Shown: positions 26,173-35,518 of the stretch, in pieces
Layout: every line of letters starts with the position of its first letter
Position numbering within the stretch: the stretch's first letter is position 1
IMG/VR virus record: IMGVR_UViG_3300005836_000015
Strand: one strand, 5' to 3'
Origin: a virus
Length of the DNA stretch: 37,976 bases
Program-made: the position numbers and the translations under genes
The notes under the pieces: generated by a model
What the model saw: only the letters and a program-made list of their open reading frames with translations
What the model was told of the DNA's origin: nothing
Database searches by the model: none

Positions 26173-26478
26173 ATGAACATGAAGCTCATTTCCCTCGCCC
26201 TCTTCGCTGCTGTTCTCGCCACGGGATGCACGAAGTCAGGTCTCAACAAGATCGTCGATGCCTCCGGGACCATCTGCGAAGTCGTGCTCCAGGAGAAGGC
26301 CCCCGATGCGGCCCCCTTCTGTGCCACGGCCGAAGAGATCGCCAAGGCGATCATCGCCATCACCGGCCTCCCCGCTGCGAAGCCCGGAGCTGCTGCTCCG
26401 CCCGTCTCGAATGCCGCCCTCAAGGCGAAGATCCTCGAGATGCGTTCTGCCGCTGCGAAGCCCGCTGCGTCCAAGTAG
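26173..26478 (+). CDS. Predicted lipoprotein, 101 aa
   Basis: MNMKLISLALFAAVLATG|C: basic N-terminus, hydrophobic core and lipobox-like LATGC; two further Cys; A/P/K-rich tail. Confidence 0.7.
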   Translation: MNMKLISLALFAAVLATGCTKSGLNKIVDASGTICEVVLQEKAPDAAPFCATAEEIAKAIIAITGLPAAKPGAAAPPVSNAALKAKILEMRSAAAKPAASK

Positions 26479-26480
26479 TC

Positions 26481-26487
26481 CGGTGTA
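26481..26487 (+). promoter_or_regulatory. CGGTGTA promoter-like motif, 10 nt before ATG 26498
   Basis: One of five (C/T)GGTGTA copies at gene boundaries with fixed spacing. Confidence 0.6.
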
Positions 26488-26497
26488 GAGCCTTGGG

Positions 26498-26752
26498 ATG
26501 CCCAGGGCTTCAACCTCCAAGCGCCGTCTTGTGGCCATGTACTACCGAGTACGTGGCCACAGTTGCGACGGCAGCCCCGTCTTCGCCATGTTCCACGACG
26601 GAACCTACTCGGAGGAGAGGGAGGACAGTAGTGATTCTCCCGAGCCCTACGTCTCCCTTCAGGAGGCTAGAAGCATCGCTGGACTCCTACGAGCGAACGG
26701 CTGCACAAACGTGAAGGTCATGACCGTCCGGGTCTGGTCCAAGCCGGTGTAG
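26498..26752 (+). CDS. Hypothetical protein, 84 aa
   Basis: ORF fills the gap, start fixed by CGGTGTA-N10-ATG; its stop overlaps the next CGGTGTA. Confidence 0.55.
   Translation: MPRASTSKRRLVAMYYRVRGHSCDGSPVFAMFHDGTYSEEREDSSDSPEPYVSLQEARSIAGLLRANGCTNVKVMTVRVWSKPV
26745..26751 (+). promoter_or_regulatory. CGGTGTA promoter-like motif preceding a non-coding element
   Basis: CCGGTGTAGAAGCTTGGG closely matches CCGGTGTAGAGCCTTGGG at 26480, but no start codon follows. Confidence 0.55.
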
Positions 26753-26761
26753 AAGCTTGGG

Positions 26762-26890
26762 CACGACCTGCTTCGGCTCGGCGTCCAGGCCGATCGCTAC
26801 TACTAGTCCGAAACTAGCCCTTCGGCGCACAGCCCCGGTCCAGCTACTAGTTTGGTACTAGTTTGGGACAAGCTAGTAGCTGGTGACCGG
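26762..26890 (+). other. Structured CTAG-rich non-coding element (candidate small RNA or DNA site)
   Basis: Five CTAG within 74 bp, TACTAGTTTGG x2, about 20-bp interrupted stem 26835-26890 and several small hairpins; no ORF. Confidence 0.5.
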
Positions 26891-26894
26891 TGTA
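26888..26894 (+). promoter_or_regulatory. CGGTGTA promoter-like motif, 10 nt before GTG 26905
   Basis: CGGTGTA-CGGGCTGGAA-GTG, in frame with the 26890 ORF. Confidence 0.6.
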
Positions 26895-26904
26895 CGGGCT
26901 GGAA

Positions 26905-27639
26905 GTGCTGATCCAAGTCACGACCCCTCGACCCGTCTTCGATCATTCGAAGCACCCTCAGTATCTGCACATCCACACGCTCATGAAGACCGGCGTCTCC
27001 AAGGGCGAGGTCTTCTTCATGGCGACCGTCGACCCCGAGCACGGGACCAAGGGAAGCAAAGCTCTCGATCCCGTGCACGAGTACCCCCTCGCGGGGGAAG
27101 AGGGGTTCATGGCCCTCGAGTACATCATCCCCTTCTGGGAGTTCTTCAAGAAGACGGAGGCGATGACCCGGGCTCGATACGACGGCCAATCGGCAGAGAG
27201 CCAGGGCATCAAGGTCGGCAGCGTCGCCCTCGCCAGGTACTTCACGAACGGCTTCCAGATCACGGCCAAGTCTGCCTTCCGGGCGGACCGAACGACCTAC
27301 GAGGAGCACATCGTAGCGTTCACCATCCTGACCCCTTCGTCTGGAGGGGGCATTCTGAGGCTGGCGAACTGCCCCTACGACATCGCGAACCCGTCGTTCG
27401 ACCCGTGGGCCAAGAACCCGAACCCTCCGAAGAATCTCGAGCTTCAGGACGTCTACAACCGGACCCACCAGCTCTCGAACTCCACCATCGATGCACGCCG
27501 GGCTGCTCGTATCGCCTCGGCCGAAGCCAACATGAAACGACACGAGGAGGCCGAACGGAAGAGGCTCGTGGACCACGAGTCCGGATGGCCCGAGAGGCAC
27601 AAGACGAAGCAGCTCCCTCCTGCCAAGGAGGAGGAGTGA
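26905..27639 (+). CDS. Hypothetical protein, 244 aa
   Basis: Good codon usage; stop overlaps the ung start (TGATG); start inferred from motif spacing. Confidence 0.7.
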   Translation: MLIQVTTPRPVFDHSKHPQYLHIHTLMKTGVSKGEVFFMATVDPEHGTKGSKALDPVHEYPLAGEEGFMALEYIIPFWEFFKKTEAMTRARYDGQSAESQGIKVGSVALARYFTNGFQITAKSAFRADRTTYEEHIVAFTILTPSSGGGILRLANCPYDIANPSFDPWAKNPNPPKNLELQDVYNRTHQLSNSTIDARRAARIASAEANMKRHEEAERKRLVDHESGWPERHKTKQLPPAKEEE

Positions 27640-28304
27640 TGGACCCCTCCTGGAAGGATCGGCTCTCCGAGGAGGTGAAGAAACCCTACTTCCTCGAACT
27701 CGCTGAATTCCTCCGGGCGGAACGGGAGGCTCACACGGTCTTTCCCCCGAAGGACCAGGTGTTCGCGGCCTTCAAGGCGACTCCTTTCGACAAGGTGAAG
27801 GTCGTCATCCTCGGGCAGGACCCCTACCACAACGCCGGCCAGGCCCACGGGCTGAGCTTCTCGGTCCTCCCTGGTGTGAAGCCCCCTCCGAGCCTCGTGA
27901 ACATCTTCAAGGAGCTCGCCGAAGATGTGGGCTGTTCCAAGCCGAAGGACGGCTACCTCATGCCATGGGCGGAGCAGGGGGTCTTCCTCCTGAACGCCAC
28001 CCTGACGGTTCGAGCCCACGAGCCCGGGTCTCATCAGGGGAAGGGCTGGGAGACCTTCACGGATCGGGTCATCCAACTCCTCAGTCGGCGCTACGAGCAC
28101 GGGGATCCGGTCGTGTTCGTCCTCTGGGGCAAGTACGCCCGGAGCAAGTACGCCCTCATCTCGGACGCCAACGTGGTCCTTCAGTCGGCCCACCCTTCTC
28201 CGATGTCTGCCTCGAACGGGTTCTTCGGGAGCCGGCCTTTTTCTCAGGCCAACACGGCCTTGAAGGTCCGAGGAGTCTCGCCGATCGACTGGCAGCTCCC
28301 GTAG
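27639..28304 (+). CDS. ung: Uracil-DNA glycosylase, family 1
   Basis: VKVVILGQDPYH, QAHGLSFSV, PPSLVNIFKEL, WAEQGVFLLN, VFVLWG and HPSPMS; GGAGGAG SD. Confidence 0.95.
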   Translation: MDPSWKDRLSEEVKKPYFLELAEFLRAEREAHTVFPPKDQVFAAFKATPFDKVKVVILGQDPYHNAGQAHGLSFSVLPGVKPPPSLVNIFKELAEDVGCSKPKDGYLMPWAEQGVFLLNATLTVRAHEPGSHQGKGWETFTDRVIQLLSRRYEHGDPVVFVLWGKYARSKYALISDANVVLQSAHPSPMSASNGFFGSRPFSQANTALKVRGVSPIDWQLP

Positions 28305-28372
28305 CCTTCATTTTCGAGGGGCTGGATCGTAGGAAGGGCATGATTCGAGAGTCTTTCGATGGTTCTGCCCCG

Positions 28373-29017
28373 ATGATGGACTCGATTGCCCAACGGGTTG
28401 CCACCCGGTACAAGCAGGCGCTCGTCATCCCCCGGGAGTACCACCTTCCTCCCGATGCCAGGGGGTCGGCGCCTTTCCAGCCGGAAGGCACGGACCTCTT
28501 CATCTGGACCTGGGAGAAGACGATCGACACGCCCCTCAAGGGGCCGGTGACGAGGTACTACGGCATCGCCTTCGCCGGGAAGTCGAACAAGCCCCTCTGG
28601 AACTACATCTTCAGGTCCGAGGAGAGCCGACAGAAGGAGATCGACCGCTCGATCGCCGCTCGAAAGTCGATCCTCAAGATGAAGCAGGAGCGGGTCGACG
28701 AGCGCCGCAACTACCAGCACGACTACAAGGAGGGGGACTTCCTGTACTCGTCGTGGGGCTACGAGCAGACCAACGTGAACTTCTACCAGGTCGTCGGGGA
28801 CCTCGGGAAGATGATCGTCGTCCGAGAGGTCGCTACGAAGGTCGTCGACGAGAACAAGAACATCACGCACGTCGTCCCGGTCTCCAACAAGTTCATCGGC
28901 CCGGCCCTCAAGCGCAAGGTCGGCGTCGGCGGCTACGTGAAGATCGACAACGTGCAGAACGCCCATAAGTGGGACGGCAAGCCGGTCTACGAGACCTCTT
29001 CGGGATGGGGCCACTGA
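28373..29017 (+). CDS. Hypothetical protein with N-terminal RVATRY motif and 'GD.LYSSWGYEQTN' domain
   Basis: MMDSIAQRVATRYKQA; ATG 12 nt after AGTCTTTCGAT (alternative ATG at 28340). Confidence 0.7.
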   Translation: MMDSIAQRVATRYKQALVIPREYHLPPDARGSAPFQPEGTDLFIWTWEKTIDTPLKGPVTRYYGIAFAGKSNKPLWNYIFRSEESRQKEIDRSIAARKSILKMKQERVDERRNYQHDYKEGDFLYSSWGYEQTNVNFYQVVGDLGKMIVVREVATKVVDENKNITHVVPVSNKFIGPALKRKVGVGGYVKIDNVQNAHKWDGKPVYETSSGWGH

Positions 29018-29027
29018 CCGGGGAACC

Positions 29028-30370
<1,343 letters not shown>

Positions 30371-30379
30371 GAGAGACCC

Positions 30380-30874
30380 ATGAACCTCTCGAACCTGCTC
30401 CAGACCGTTGTCGTCGGTCCTGAAGAGCAGCCTTTTGTTGCAGTGGATCCCGGGACCCGGTTCGTCTACGTGGCGACCGAGAAGGGTCCCGAGCGGGTCG
30501 ACAGCAACTTCCGTCGAGTCGTGGTGCCCGTTCATCCTTGGCAGGCGACCGGAGGGGACGAAACCACGGAGATCATCAAGGTCCTCCTGGAAGCTTCCGC
30601 GACCAATCCTCTGAAAGTCGCATCTCCGAAGGTTTTGGACGACGCCTTCTGGATCCGTCAACGGGGATGGAAGGGCATGGTCTTCAACCCGAAGCTGCGT
30701 GGCCGGTTCCCCATTCCGGACGGGCCCATGGTCGTGACCTCCGCCGTCGTCCCCGAGAACCTCCTGCTCCTCATCGGGACTGGCGCTGGGTTCTACGTCC
30801 GGCAGGGCCTTCGTCGAGGAGTGGTCTCGAATCGGGCTCAGAGCCTGATGCAGGTGCAATTCTTCATCGTTTGA
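30380..30874 (+). CDS. Hypothetical protein, 164 aa
   Basis: AGGAG SD; contiguous with the Nudix gene. Confidence 0.65.
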   Translation: MNLSNLLQTVVVGPEEQPFVAVDPGTRFVYVATEKGPERVDSNFRRVVVPVHPWQATGGDETTEIIKVLLEASATNPLKVASPKVLDDAFWIRQRGWKGMVFNPKLRGRFPIPDGPMVVTSAVVPENLLLLIGTGAGFYVRQGLRRGVVSNRAQSLMQVQFFIV

Positions 30875-30886
30875 TCCGGCCAGTTG

Positions 30887-31321
30887 ATGGCGGATTCGGA
30901 CGAGAAGCTCGGGGTCATCCGCAAGGAAAAAGGGGAGTACTGCGTCCGGTCGCCGAACAACCCCGACTGGAACGGCGGCTGCTACAAATCGAAGGGGGAG
31001 GCTGAGAAGCGCCTCAAGCAGATCGAGTTTTTCAAGAGGCAGAGCTACTCCTACGACCGCCGGCCGGGCTACTCCTACGATCGAAGGGGTTCGGTGGGAC
31101 TGGTCACGTACCCTTCGGACCATGTTCCTGGGATGCTCGTCCCGCCCGGAGGCTCTTCTTGTGCGACGTGCAAGGCTCTCTCACAGGACGGCCGGCACTG
31201 TGCGAACCCGCACTTTCAGGCGTGGCGGGCTTCTCTCGGGGCGGCGGACCCAAGCCTGATTCCGGCTCCTGCCGACGAGTACTGCTCGGACTGGTACGAC
31301 CCGGTGGAGTCTGGTGTATAG
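30887..31321 (+). CDS. Two-module Cys-containing protein joined by duplicated YSYDRR
   Basis: N-module YCVRS...GCYKSKGEAEKRLKQIEFFK; YSYDRR x2; C-module CATC...C...C; ATG 11 nt after CATCGTTTGAT. Confidence 0.65.
   Translation: MADSDEKLGVIRKEKGEYCVRSPNNPDWNGGCYKSKGEAEKRLKQIEFFKRQSYSYDRRPGYSYDRRGSVGLVTYPSDHVPGMLVPPGGSSCATCKALSQDGRHCANPHFQAWRASLGAADPSLIPAPADEYCSDWYDPVESGV
31312..31318 (+). promoter_or_regulatory. TGGTGTA variant of promoter-like motif, 10 nt before ATG 31329
   Basis: TGGTGTA-TAGGGCAGGG-ATG. Confidence 0.5.
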
Positions 31322-31328
31322 GGCAGGG

Positions 31329-31820
31329 ATGCCCGACCCTCAGGACGACAACGCCGCTGTCCTCAACATCGATTCCGGCGTCACCCTTCAAGGAATCCTG
31401 CTCGCCCTCGAAGCCTACTCTCGAACGATTCCGGAGACTGCCGTCTCCAAGGTTACGTTCGAGCAGATCCCCAACGTCGCCGATGGGGGTATGTGGCGAG
31501 CCATCGTCAAGCTCCGATGTTTGGGGGCTCTCGAGCGAAAAGAAGCTCCCAGGCAAGGGGAGGACTTCCTCTCGAACGTCGAGCCGGTGGTCGTTCACGA
31601 ACAGTCCTGGGAAGCTGAGGGACAGGGCTTCTACGGAGCTGTCGAGGAACTCCGGGACGTCGTGAAGTTCCATCTCGAGCAGCTCATCCTTCAACGGCAG
31701 AACGACTTGTTGGAGGCCAACGAGGCCCTTCGGGTTCTTCGCAACCCCAACGAGTTCGACAACATGTGGTCCCTCCACGACAATCCCGAAGATGAGCAGC
31801 CTGTCGAAGAAGCGCAGTAG
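31329..31820 (+). CDS. Hypothetical acidic protein, 163 aa
   Basis: In frame with the tracked 31314 ORF; ATG at motif+10. Confidence 0.65.
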   Translation: MPDPQDDNAAVLNIDSGVTLQGILLALEAYSRTIPETAVSKVTFEQIPNVADGGMWRAIVKLRCLGALERKEAPRQGEDFLSNVEPVVVHEQSWEAEGQGFYGAVEELRDVVKFHLEQLILQRQNDLLEANEALRVLRNPNEFDNMWSLHDNPEDEQPVEEAQ

Positions 31821-32016
31821 GCCGATCACGGTCAACGGAAGGGCGTACCGCTGGATGGTGAAGTCCACCGTCGATCGGGATGCCGTTCGGCTGACCGTGC
31901 AGGACGTGCTTTCCGGCGAGACCCACCAGCGGGACGTCCGTGACTGGGAGGGGTTTCCCCCTCCGCCGGTGACCCCGGCGAAGGTCAAGGAGTTCATCCT
32001 CACGAGGTTCCCGTGA
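31792..32016 (+). CDS. Hypothetical protein, 74 aa
   Basis: Compact basic ORF (RPITVNGRAYRW...VTPAKVKEFI) overlapping both neighbours. Confidence 0.6.
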   Translation: MSSLSKKRSRPITVNGRAYRWMVKSTVDRDAVRLTVQDVLSGETHQRDVRDWEGFPPPPVTPAKVKEFILTRFP

Positions 32017-32192
32017 ATCATCATGACGACCTGAAGGAGCGAGTGCGGAAACGTCTCGCTCACATCGAGATGACGAAGGACTCCGGGCTTTACGCGAAAC
32101 ACTACGTCGAGGATGCGACGGCCTTGCTCGAAGCCCTCGAAGCCGAGGAGAAGCTCTTCGAGAAGGTCGCCGGCCAAGTTCGGGTGCGCTAG
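32013..32192 (+). CDS. Hypothetical protein, 59 aa (absent from the ORF track)
   Basis: GTGA overlap; MNHHDDLKERVRKRLAHIEMTKDSGLYAKHYVEDATALLEALEAEEKLFEKVAGQVRVR*; exactly fills the gap. Confidence 0.6.
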   Translation: MNHHDDLKERVRKRLAHIEMTKDSGLYAKHYVEDATALLEALEAEEKLFEKVAGQVRVR

Positions 32193-32261
32193 CGATCGAA
32201 ATTCTATTTGTTGACTTGTCTATCGGGGACCCCTCTACCCCACGGGTCCTGGGAGATCGAG

Positions 32262-33422
32262 ATGAGTCAACAGATGCAGATCCAATTCCGATCCGGCCAG
32301 CCCATCAGCTTCACGGCGACCCGTTCCTTCGCCCTTGGCAACACGGGGCTCACGGTACCTACTGGGAGCGAGATTCGCTTCGACGGAACGCAGGTGTCCT
32401 TCGAGGGACATGCCCCGATCATGATGCCGCAGTTTCGGGGAGCCCTGAAGCTCGGCTGGATCGTGCCCAGCGAGCGCTACAACCCCAACGACCGATCGGC
32501 GATGAGGCCGATCTCTGCGGGCATGCAGGTGCGTCCCGCCGAGGGTGGCAACCCGATGCAGCCCCGTCCTCGGCAGACGATCGACACGAGCCAGGTCGAG
32601 TCGGAGGAGCGGGAGGTCAGCAACGTCAACGCCCACGCTCAGGCGACTCGTGACCGCAACGCCGTGAACTACCGGCGTGAGGGAGGCGAGGTCGTTCGCA
32701 ACAACCGGGGGCAGATGGAGGTCATCGAGGACCAAGAGGGGACGGCGGTCCGTGGCCTCAAGACCCCGGCGAAGCAGACGACGAACCTCGAACGGACGAC
32801 TCCTCAGGCGGCCATCCAGCAGGCGAACGCCGTCCGCATCGACCCGGGTCAGGGTCGGACGCGGGAAGAGATGATGGCCGAGATGGACGAGGAGGCTCGG
32901 GCCGAGTACGAGGCCGAGATCCTGAGCCGCAGGGCTGTCTACGACCCCGAGTCGGTGAACCAGGTGGTCGGGAGGGTAGCACCTCCGGGGACTCGGAACA
33001 CGGAGGGGTTCCAGGTCAAGGGGTCGGTCGGCGGTGGGGTCGACGTGGCCGACCTCGGGGGGACGGGCGTCGCTGGTCCGGCTCAAGTCAGTGTCGTCGA
33101 AGAAGGCGGCATCAAGTTCACGAACACCAACGGGCCGAAGAAGAACGTCCGGCTCGTGCCGGCGAACCAGGCTCCGAAGCCCTCGAACGGGACGAACGGA
33201 GGGGGACAGAACGACGGGCTCTGCCGGCAGATCGCCAAGTCCATCTGTCCGGAGTTCCCGGACAACTACGTCTTCAACGATCCGGTCCGGAAGAAGATCG
33301 CTCGGCTTCAGGCCGATTACGACGATCGGCCCGACATCATTCGTGCCGTCGCAGCGGCGGATACGGATCCCGAAGTCCGGCAAAGGTTGGTGCAAGAGTT
33401 CCCGCACGCCTTCGGGGGCTGA
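32262..33422 (+). CDS. Hypothetical protein, 386 aa (probable late/structural)
   Basis: ATG with GGAG SD, downstream of AT-rich patch 32200-32223; folded N- and C-terminal domains with a disordered middle. Confidence 0.7.
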   Translation: MSQQMQIQFRSGQPISFTATRSFALGNTGLTVPTGSEIRFDGTQVSFEGHAPIMMPQFRGALKLGWIVPSERYNPNDRSAMRPISAGMQVRPAEGGNPMQPRPRQTIDTSQVESEEREVSNVNAHAQATRDRNAVNYRREGGEVVRNNRGQMEVIEDQEGTAVRGLKTPAKQTTNLERTTPQAAIQQANAVRIDPGQGRTREEMMAEMDEEARAEYEAEILSRRAVYDPESVNQVVGRVAPPGTRNTEGFQVKGSVGGGVDVADLGGTGVAGPAQVSVVEEGGIKFTNTNGPKKNVRLVPANQAPKPSNGTNGGGQNDGLCRQIAKSICPEFPDNYVFNDPVRKKIARLQADYDDRPDIIRAVAAADTDPEVRQRLVQEFPHAFGG

Positions 33423-33427
33423 CCCCG

Positions 33428-33468
33428 GATCCTCTTGTTAGCGCCCTCCGATGAACCGTCGGAAGGGC
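33428..33468 (+). promoter_or_regulatory. Putative T-rich promoter element GATCCTCTTGT followed by RBS-occluding hairpin
   Basis: Hairpin 33443-33468 (GCCCTCCGATG-AAC-CGTCGGAAGGGC) covers GGAAGG just upstream of ATG 33473. Confidence 0.4.
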
Positions 33469-33472
33469 CCCT

Positions 33473-35518
33473 ATGAGTACGGATAGCTGTCTTCAGCGAC
33501 CCACACCGAAGACGGCGAGTGCGACCGTCTACCTGATGGAAGAGCTTGGGGACGCCCGCATGCGGTGCGACCAGCTCGTCAAATACATCGCCGAAGCGGC
33601 GAAGCTCATCGAAAGCTCCTCTCACCGGGACCATTTCTTCGAGGTTGCAGGGCATCTCATCCAAGGGATTCCTCGCGTGGCCTTTTTGCTTCAGAAGGCC
33701 CTCCAAGCGACCGCTCTTGCCGCAGCTCGGATCGACTACGAGGAGATCAAGCAGGAGCTTCGGCCCGAGAAGGTCGAGGAACTGGAACGTGTCCTGGAAG
33801 ACGCCCGCATTCGTCAGGTCCAGCGACGGTCTGAACCCCTGACGCCGGAGCAGGCGATCAAGGCACTCCGGCAAATGGTGGCCACGCTCAAGGCGTCGGG
33901 CCAGTTGCCGAAGGCAGACCTCGCTGCACTCATCCTTGCTCTCGAGACAGGGCTCAAGACGGCGGGGATCACGGATCCTGCGCAGGTCCTCGAAGACCTC
34001 GCCGTTTCCATCGAAACGGCTCAGGCAGCCCCGAGCCAACTACATCTTGCGACCCTGCTTCGGCGGGTACTCGCAGAGGATTTGCTGACGACGACGCAGG
34101 AGCGACCGACCATGAACGAGCTGAGCTGGAAGACCCCTGGTGCCACGACCAACGCTGCGGAGATGCCCGCGAAGTTCGACCCGACGTTTCAGCAGCAGCT
34201 TGCCCTCATGATGAAGAACCCCCCGAAGGTCAGCACTCGGGATGAAGGAGTCGTCATCGAGGTCTTCTCGCCCTTCGTGAAGAAGTACATCCCGATGGCG
34301 GAATACGCCGACGAGAATGTGGCGAACAAAGAGCTCAGCATCTGGATGAAGGCCCACCGGGAGACCATTCAGAATCTTCGGACGATGAAAGGCAAGGAGG
34401 CGGCCGAAGAGGAAGCCAAGGAGTCTCGGTTCGAGGAAGGGAAGCCGGCCGATCCCACCAAGAACATGAGCCCCGAGGACGCCAAGAAGTGGAAGACGGA
34501 GCACGACAAGAACAAGGACAAGTTCAAGTCTGCCGGCCTCGAAGGGGAACTGCGTGAAATGCAGGATATCCTCAAGGCGAACGGTTACAACCCGACCGAC
34601 GCCATGAAGCTCCAAGACGAGGGCATGGGTCCTGATGAGCTGGAGCATCGGATTCGGAGCACGAAGCCGGGCGGGCCAGGGAGCCTCGAGTACACGCACG
34701 GGCTCAAGCAGATGGGTGGTGGCGCCGACGATCTCAGCGAAGTGATTCCCTGGGTCGTCGGCCTCGGGGCGCAAGCCAAAAAGGTCTACTCGCTCCTCAC
34801 CGCATCCAAGCCACAGAAGGCTCGAGCTGCCATCCGGCTCGGTGGAATGGTGCGCGACATCGCGACCATTCTCGAAAACATGGGAATCGACGCCAAGCGT
34901 GTGGAAGCCATCGGGCGGGAGATCCAGCGTGAAGGGGTCGGCCTCAAACTCGGCTCCGAAGAGGAGAAGGAGTCTCGGTTCGAGGAAGGGAAGCCGGCCG
35001 ATCCCACCAAGAACATGAGCCCCGAGGATGCCAAGAAGTGGAAGGAGGAGCACGACAAGAACAAGGACAAGTTCAAGTCCGCAGGCGCTGGCGAGCTGGT
35101 TGTGGCTATCTACATGCTGCCCAATGGGCGCTTTCGTGTGGATAGCCTCTTGGGTGACACCTACGGCCTCAAAACTCTGGACGACGCCTTCAAAGACGCC
35201 CAGAGGGTGGCACCCCATATCGTGGATAAAATCCAGGCTCGACCGAGGATGGCGTCCTCTCAAGAGCAGTGGGAGATGGCGGCCGAGATCCTCGACAAGG
35301 GCTTCAAGCACGAAGCCTTCCAGGTCATTGCTAAGTCCTGGGATGAAGTCGAGGATGCCCTGAAGGATGCCAAGAAGCGGTCCGACGGGATGAAGCGGGT
35401 GGGAGCCGGACGGACCGAAGACCCGACCCTTGTGGTTACGATGGTCATCCCGGCCCTCAAGGAGCATGCCGAAGAGATCCTGACCGTCGCAAACCAGATG
35501 ATGCAGCGCCTCAAGTGA
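33473..35518 (+). CDS. Modular putative internal head protein (681 aa) with duplicated 40-aa cassette
   Basis: KTA/KEA/KSA/RMA motifs punctuate modules; two copies of KESRFEEGKPADPTKNMSPEDAKKWK.EHDKNKDKFKSAG. Confidence 0.65.
   Translation: MSTDSCLQRPTPKTASATVYLMEELGDARMRCDQLVKYIAEAAKLIESSSHRDHFFEVAGHLIQGIPRVAFLLQKALQATALAAARIDYEEIKQELRPEKVEELERVLEDARIRQVQRRSEPLTPEQAIKALRQMVATLKASGQLPKADLAALILALETGLKTAGITDPAQVLEDLAVSIETAQAAPSQLHLATLLRRVLAEDLLTTTQERPTMNELSWKTPGATTNAAEMPAKFDPTFQQQLALMMKNPPKVSTRDEGVVIEVFSPFVKKYIPMAEYADENVANKELSIWMKAHRETIQNLRTMKGKEAAEEEAKESRFEEGKPADPTKNMSPEDAKKWKTEHDKNKDKFKSAGLEGELREMQDILKANGYNPTDAMKLQDEGMGPDELEHRIRSTKPGGPGSLEYTHGLKQMGGGADDLSEVIPWVVGLGAQAKKVYSLLTASKPQKARAAIRLGGMVRDIATILENMGIDAKRVEAIGREIQREGVGLKLGSEEEKESRFEEGKPADPTKNMSPEDAKKWKEEHDKNKDKFKSAGAGELVVAIYMLPNGRFRVDSLLGDTYGLKTLDDAFKDAQRVAPHIVDKIQARPRMASSQEQWEMAAEILDKGFKHEAFQVIAKSWDEVEDALKDAKKRSDGMKRVGAGRTEDPTLVVTMVIPALKEHAEEILTVANQMMQRLK
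34418..35086 (+). repeat. 120-bp dispersed direct repeat (34418-34537 and 34967-35086), in frame
   Basis: 5 mismatches in 120 bp by eye; offset 549 nt = 183 codons. Confidence 0.9.

Noticed and set aside
26762-26890. tRNA or mini-CRISPR interpretation of the CTAG element
   Set aside because: No cloverleaf with T-loop or acceptor stem. Repeats are only 11 bp with no spacers, and no cas genes are present.
26883-27638. Apparent 473-aa UNG with long N-terminal extension
   Set aside because: The extension is the R/G/P-rich off-frame of the 26905 gene. UNG has its own SD and ATG at 27639.
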